Positions 59,167-64,000 of a stretch of DNA of 64,000 nucleotides are shown in pieces; the stretch's first letter is position 1, and each line of letters opens with the position of its first letter. The notes beneath the pieces were generated by a model that saw only the letters and a list, made by a program, of their open reading frames with translations, did not search any database and was not told the DNA's origin. The translations under genes were made by a program, and so were the position numbers. Where the stretch lies: the sequence record NC_070957.1; one strand, written 5' to 3'.

Positions 59167-60762
59167 ATGTCTGATCAAGAAAAACCCATCGACGTACTGC
59201 GTGCGGCAGTTCTTCTCGGTAAGCCGGACACTATTGGGTTCGGCATCCCCATCTTTACTGGCGGGCTCAAAGAGCAGCACCGTGTGATCCTGGAAGCAGC
59301 TCAGCTCTTCTATGCCATCCGTGAGCTCGAAAGCGAGATGGAAAAGAATGGTCGCACCGACCAGACCACACTGAACTCCCTCCGTGTTCGTTACACGGAA
59401 CACACTGAGGAACACTTCCAGGGTGTAAGTGAGAAACAACTGGCAGAAATGCTGGTGAACTATTTCACTTTCTACCGACGGACTCTCGACCGCATCCAGA
59501 TGCGCGATGATGTCACCGCCGAGCGCCAACACAAGCCCAATGCCAACGTGGTGACTACTCAACGCGGTCCCATCGGGATCATTAACAGTATCAAACCCGG
59601 TAAGCTCGGGAATCTGTCCATGAAGGACAGGATGCGGAAGAACTTCGCCAAATCCTCCGGTAGTGTGGATGGCTTCTCGATCATGCTGATGAACAGCCGG
59701 GTCTTCCTGAAGATCAAGCTCCCCACTCCCATGGACCTTCTGTTGTTGATGAACAAGATCGCCAACAAACTCTCTGGGTTTGGTAAGCGTGTTCGGGCGT
59801 CATCCCTGGAGCTGGAACGTGCACTGATCGTCCGTGAGGTTGTCGAGTTCGTTATCGAGATGGCGACCTACTGGAGTGTCTCTGACATCCTGGATGCCCG
59901 CGAACTGCTCAACGTAATCAAGGAAAGCGACGCCAACCACCTGGCTGTGGCAATCCTTGCAGCTTCTGCACCCAAAGGTCTGAACTACCGTATGAGCTGC
60001 CTGGCTCACAAGTGTAACTTCAGCGATGACGTTCTGATCGATGCGGCCAACATGGTTCACTTCGACAACGAACGTTACCCGGCGAAGTACATGGAGCAGG
60101 TCCAGATGATCTTGAACACCGGCCACAAGTTCTCCATCCAGGAACTGCATGATTCCGATGTTCCCTTCATCGATACTGACGGGACTGAGATCGAGACACG
60201 GTTCACCATGAACGATGGTTCCGTGAGCATCGAGCTCAAAGAGCCGTACCTCGCAGATTACTTCGAGTGTTTCGATAACGCCGCCGCTCGTATCAACCCT
60301 CAACTCCGTCAACTGGCTGTCCAGTTCTCTGAACCTGAGCGCTACAAGCGCGAGTACCAGAGCTACATGGGTAGTATCCGGACCAACAACTACACGCAGT
60401 GGGTAGATAAGATCATCTTCCACGTAGCTGCCGGTGAAGAAGGGGAAGACGAAGTAATGTCTCGCGGGGATAACCCGAAAGAGTTCGACGAAGGTCTGAT
60501 CGACTGCCTGGGTAGCCAAGAAGAACTCGCCGGTATCTTGCTGGAGCGTGTCATCAAGGTCATCCCCCGCCTGTCCTACACCAGTGTAGGGATTCTGTCA
60601 ACAGAGTGTCCTCAGTGCAAACAAACCACTGATGAAGAAGTTACCAAGGTTCATGGTGGTTATACCCCCATCGATCCGTTCCTGACTTTTTTCGACCACA
60701 CCCAAATGTTGATAGAACTGCGGAGGGAGCTGGCGATTACACAAGAGGAGCTTCTTTCCTAG
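59167..60762 (+). CDS. Putative virion/tail assembly protein
   Basis: 531 aa; C-terminal CPQCK and IDPFLTFF; contains slippery site. Confidence 0.65.
   Translation: MSDQEKPIDVLRAAVLLGKPDTIGFGIPIFTGGLKEQHRVILEAAQLFYAIRELESEMEKNGRTDQTTLNSLRVRYTEHTEEHFQGVSEKQLAEMLVNYFTFYRRTLDRIQMRDDVTAERQHKPNANVVTTQRGPIGIINSIKPGKLGNLSMKDRMRKNFAKSSGSVDGFSIMLMNSRVFLKIKLPTPMDLLLLMNKIANKLSGFGKRVRASSLELERALIVREVVEFVIEMATYWSVSDILDARELLNVIKESDANHLAVAILAASAPKGLNYRMSCLAHKCNFSDDVLIDAANMVHFDNERYPAKYMEQVQMILNTGHKFSIQELHDSDVPFIDTDGTEIETRFTMNDGSVSIELKEPYLADYFECFDNAAARINPQLRQLAVQFSEPERYKREYQSYMGSIRTNNYTQWVDKIIFHVAAGEEGEDEVMSRGDNPKEFDEGLIDCLGSQEELAGILLERVIKVIPRLSYTSVGILSTECPQCKQTTDEEVTKVHGGYTPIDPFLTFFDHTQMLIELRRELAITQEELLS
60687..60693 (+). 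promoter_or_regulatory. Candidate -1 ribosomal frameshift site T TTT TTC
   Basis: X XXY YYZ heptamer in correct phase; -1 frame is open to stop at 61208. Confidence 0.6.
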
Positions 60763-61208
60763 AACTGCCGGGTTCGCTCTCTCAATTCCAGAAGGCAGAA
60801 GAAGTAGCCATCCGTGAGTTCATAGCACTACAAGAATTAGAAGGGCTCGAAACAAGAGCCCTTTATAAGAAAGAGTTAAAGATATTCATGAAATCCAGAG
60901 GTTGGATAAGTGAACGCGATTCTTTCTCCATTCTGTTGTGTTATAACCGTTCTCTAAGAGAGTACACACACAGATGGTCACCCAGTTCTTTTGGTGAAAT
61001 GTTTGGGTATCGTGAGTACTCTGAGATCATACCGCTTAAAGAGTTTCTTACAACCCCAATGGCGGTGGTCGAGGATATTTTGGAAGGTGTCGGTAAAGGC
61101 CGCACCGATATTAAGAAGGCGAAGGACGCAGCACGGTCTGCCGACGAAAAACGTAAGGAAGATCCTGCAAGCATTCTTCAACGAGAACTTAATAAACTCA
61201 AGGGGTAA
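60690..61208 (+). CDS. -1 frame extension of upstream gene (or independent ORF from 60888)
   Basis: 66 in-frame sense codons with no ATG/GTG/TTG before 60888. Confidence 0.6.
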   Translation, partial: FRPHPNVDRTAEGAGDYTRGASFLELPGSLSQFQKAEEVAIREFIALQELEGLETRALYKKELKIFMKSRGWISERDSFSILLCYNRSLREYTHRWSPSSFGEMFGYREYSEIIPLKEFLTTPMAVVEDILEGVGKGRTDIKKAKDAARSADEKRKEDPASILQRELNKLKG

Positions 61209-61213
61209 TTTAA

Positions 61214-61759
61214 ATGGGTAAGTACATTCCGCCTGTTACCGAGCAACGCGACTCCGCTGTTGTTCTCCAGGGCGAGAAAGAAAAGAACATGGACACCTCC
61301 GTTGGTGTTCCTACCGAAGTTCGTCCGACCACACCGGTCGAAATCTACAAAGATAAGATCGACGAGTTCGTCGGTTTCCTCAAACACGAGAACAACGCCG
61401 GTCAGCCCGAAATCCGTGCTAAGTATCAGGTTGGTGTTATCACCATGTTCGATCTGATCCTGGGAATGGATTACAACGAGATGGAAGAAGTTATCGACCA
61501 CCTGGTCATTACTATTGGTAAGCACCCGCACGTCTTCACCAACAGTAACACCCTGGCACCGCTCTACGCAGTCGAGAACCGCAAGTTGCTCGTAGCAGCG
61601 TCCATCCAACGTTACAAGTGGTTCATGACCTTCTTCATCGGTCTGTCGAACAACATTCGTCAGCGTGCGCAGTATGTCGAAGGTTACGACATTACTCGGT
61701 TCATTTCTATGTTCCCTGTTAAGGCTCGTGAGAACCTCCACAACTACATCTATCGTTAA
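61214..61759 (+). CDS. Conserved phiKZ-like hypothetical/structural protein
   Basis: AGGGG SD, optimised codons. Confidence 0.75.
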   Translation: MGKYIPPVTEQRDSAVVLQGEKEKNMDTSVGVPTEVRPTTPVEIYKDKIDEFVGFLKHENNAGQPEIRAKYQVGVITMFDLILGMDYNEMEEVIDHLVITIGKHPHVFTNSNTLAPLYAVENRKLLVAASIQRYKWFMTFFIGLSNNIRQRAQYVEGYDITRFISMFPVKARENLHNYIYR

Positions 61760-61903
61760 TTCGATGTAAAGATCCCTCTCCCTCCGAAAGGATGGGAGAG
61801 GGATTTATATTGTCTATAACTTTTCAAACCTACATTATTAAGGTGATGGAAACATCAACGTTATCAATGGTGATAACGCACTAACGCTGCTAAGGAGCAC
61901 ACA

Positions 61904-62737
61904 ATGTTTAAATCAACTTTGATCAACACCACCCCGGTAGTCTCTGTTATTTCCGAGCAAGAAAACGAATTCAACTTTCTGCTCGTTTACGGACGGACAT
62001 CAGGCGGAAGAGATATTCCATTGGTGATAATGGATACTGAAGCGAAAGACATCAGGACCCAAGCCGAAGTGTTCCTGAGAATGATGGACGACAAGTCCAT
62101 TGACAATCATAACGCATCCCACTTTATATGGCGGGGTCCGTATCTGATTCTCCGTACTTTCGGTCACCGTTCTTTTGAAGCAACCATCAGCGATTCCAGA
62201 ACTGAAAAGTTCGGGTCGAGAGAAGGGCACAAGAACGTACTGAAACGTTTGATCGGAGTGATCACCGAGTTCCTTGCCGGACAACACGATTACTCCAAGT
62301 ACAGTGTGGAGACTGATACGATCAAACACGTCTTCTACAATGAGAGCGTGATTGTTGACGGGACCGCCAGTATCTCTCGGGTTCAATCTTTCAATGCTGT
62401 TTGTAAAACACTGGAAGAGCCCAACAAGAAGATGTTGACGTTGACGAGTATTAAGGGTGCTATCAACATCGTGGTCACCGAAGAAATGGATCTCTCTGGT
62501 CTGCTCAAATCCATTGAACGTGGTGTAGGTGGCGAGAGTTTTGTCTCCACGGAAACTGGTGCGAATAACTTCGGACACTCCAGTTTGATTTACCACGTTA
62601 TGGAGCCCAACAAAGGTTGTAACGAACCGCACATCCGGATTATCCATAGTACCAAATCCAAAGGAACGTCGCTGGCCTTTATAGCGACCCCTTTGTTTAT
62701 TGAACGGATAACAGAAGTTGTAATGTCTGCACGGTAA
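61904..62737 (+). CDS. Hypothetical protein
   Basis: AAGGAG SD, own promoter-like motif and terminator. Confidence 0.75.
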   Translation: MFKSTLINTTPVVSVISEQENEFNFLLVYGRTSGGRDIPLVIMDTEAKDIRTQAEVFLRMMDDKSIDNHNASHFIWRGPYLILRTFGHRSFEATISDSRTEKFGSREGHKNVLKRLIGVITEFLAGQHDYSKYSVETDTIKHVFYNESVIVDGTASISRVQSFNAVCKTLEEPNKKMLTLTSIKGAINIVVTEEMDLSGLLKSIERGVGGESFVSTETGANNFGHSSLIYHVMEPNKGCNEPHIRIIHSTKSKGTSLAFIATPLFIERITEVVMSAR

Positions 62738-62827
62738 CGATAAACCCTCTCCAACCATAGTGGTTGGAGAGGGTTGTCATCCTTATATTTCTTTTTGATT
62801 ATATGCCATCTATAGAGGGAATATAAC

Positions 62828-63838
62828 GTGAACGTAGACATTAATGATATCGACCACGTGCTCAGTTGCATGAGTGGTTTTGAAGCATTTTCCAATCAGC
62901 AGGATAATAGCGATGCAGAGTACGCTAAGTCCTGCCTCAAACTCAATGGGGTGAATCTGGTCGCCATCGCCGGTAATGAGAGTTTCTTTGAAGCTATCAA
63001 ACAGGGCGGAAAGAAGATGTACGAGATGATCGTCAATCTTCTCAGGGGAATCAAGAACTTCTTCTTTGGTTCCGGTGGAACCGGGAAAGATAAAGCAGTT
63101 TCCCAAGCTAAGACCGAAGTGAACAATACCAAGAAAAGCATTGTCATTACGGTGAAGACTTTGGAGAAAGGGGATCTCCCTAGTGGGTCAGCCGGTGTTT
63201 CCAACACCAACCTGAACCGCGCCAAAGAAATGCTGGAAGAAGGTAAAGCCGCCGCTGAACAGATCAACAAACTGATGAGTGGTGAGAACTTTGCACAAGG
63301 TGCAGAAAAATGGACCAAGTTCGTAGAGAACTATACCAGTGCCATGTGGACTGCTGAAAGCCGTGCCCACTTTGTACGCAACATTCCTCAGGTTAAGGTG
63401 AGCGACCTTGCCGCCCAAACCACCAAGCTCGAAAAGAGTCTCCGGGAAGTTGTTGCTGCTATTAAAGACGGTAACAAATACAACCACAATGATGCCCAGT
63501 ATATCGTAACTACGGTGGAAGGCGGTAGCAAGGTTATCGATGCGATGGACAAGGCACGGAGCGCAGCCAAAGAAATGCTCGCAAAAGTCACCATCGATTT
63601 GGAGCACAACAACAAAGAGTACAAGAAACTCTTGGAGTTTACCGACGAAGTTCTTGTTAACCGTGGTAAGGAAATGCAGAAGCTCGGTAGCGATCTCGTC
63701 CGCGTTACTAACAATCTCACCGCACTGATCAAGGACCTGGAAGAAAGTATCAGCTCGCTCTGTTATGGTGTCGGGCGTATCGCCAAGAAATTGGGTGTGG
63801 AATTTAATAACCCGCTTACCTCCATTTTGGCCAAATAA
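62828..63838 (+). CDS. Putative internal head (virion) protein
   Basis: SGFE and AGNE|S sites resembling phiKZ prohead protease S/A/G-x-E motif, followed by FFEAIK.G.KK.YE.I...L..IK.FF. Confidence 0.65.
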   Translation: MNVDINDIDHVLSCMSGFEAFSNQQDNSDAEYAKSCLKLNGVNLVAIAGNESFFEAIKQGGKKMYEMIVNLLRGIKNFFFGSGGTGKDKAVSQAKTEVNNTKKSIVITVKTLEKGDLPSGSAGVSNTNLNRAKEMLEEGKAAAEQINKLMSGENFAQGAEKWTKFVENYTSAMWTAESRAHFVRNIPQVKVSDLAAQTTKLEKSLREVVAAIKDGNKYNHNDAQYIVTTVEGGSKVIDAMDKARSAAKEMLAKVTIDLEHNNKEYKKLLEFTDEVLVNRGKEMQKLGSDLVRVTNNLTALIKDLEESISSLCYGVGRIAKKLGVEFNNPLTSILAK

Positions 63839-63845
63839 CAAATAA

Positions 63846-63880
63846 AGAACTCCTACCTCCCCGTCAAGGGAGGTAGGAGT
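63846..63880 (+). terminator. Hairpin terminator
   Basis: ACTCCTACCTCCC/GGGAGGTAGGAGT followed by T-rich tract. Confidence 0.75.
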
Positions 63881-63889
63881 TAATTTTCT

Positions 63890-63923
63890 ATTTTATTTCA
63901 AACCGATATTACTTAGTTGATAA
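63890..63923 (+). promoter_or_regulatory. Putative phage-RNAP promoter, identical to 3493-3526
   Basis: 34-bp exact repeat, followed by leader hairpin and GGAGG SD at window end. Confidence 0.7.
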
Positions 63924-64000
63924 ACAAATGGTTTATCGAATCAGCGTGTAAGTTGGTAGAGCAACTTACACATCTTTCAACTACACGGGAGGTGACATAT

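Overview
This 64 kb window looks like part of a phiKZ-like, nucleus-forming jumbo phage (Chimalliviridae-like). All family assignments come from recalled motifs and gene order, not database searches. Core genes: terminase large subunit with a class 3-type LAGLIDADG intein, dTMP kinase, PhuZ tubulin, family B DNA polymerase, chimallin (ChmA), probable ChmC and PicA, several non-virion and virion RNA polymerase subunits, an SbcD-like nuclease, an SF2 helicase and virion proteins. One RNAP beta' subunit is split by a 310-nt ORF-less group I intron inside its DFDGD catalytic motif. A ~14 kb accessory block of hypothetical ORFs lies at 11-25.7 kb. Most notable: (1) a ~3 kb minus-strand RNA island (7.5-10.5 kb) with three intact tRNAs, one tRNA broken by an assembly gap, a tRNA-like element, an ~860 nt densely paired candidate large ncRNA, and a tandemly duplicated ~140 nt motif with a conserved predicted pseudoknot; (2) adjacent Tad1-like and Acb1-like anti-defence genes in the core block; (3) a candidate -1 frameshift at T TTT TTC (60687-60693); (4) a recurring promoter motif and a duplicated promoter plus covarying leader hairpin. 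The region 9313-9524 is an assembly chimera around a 10-N gap.
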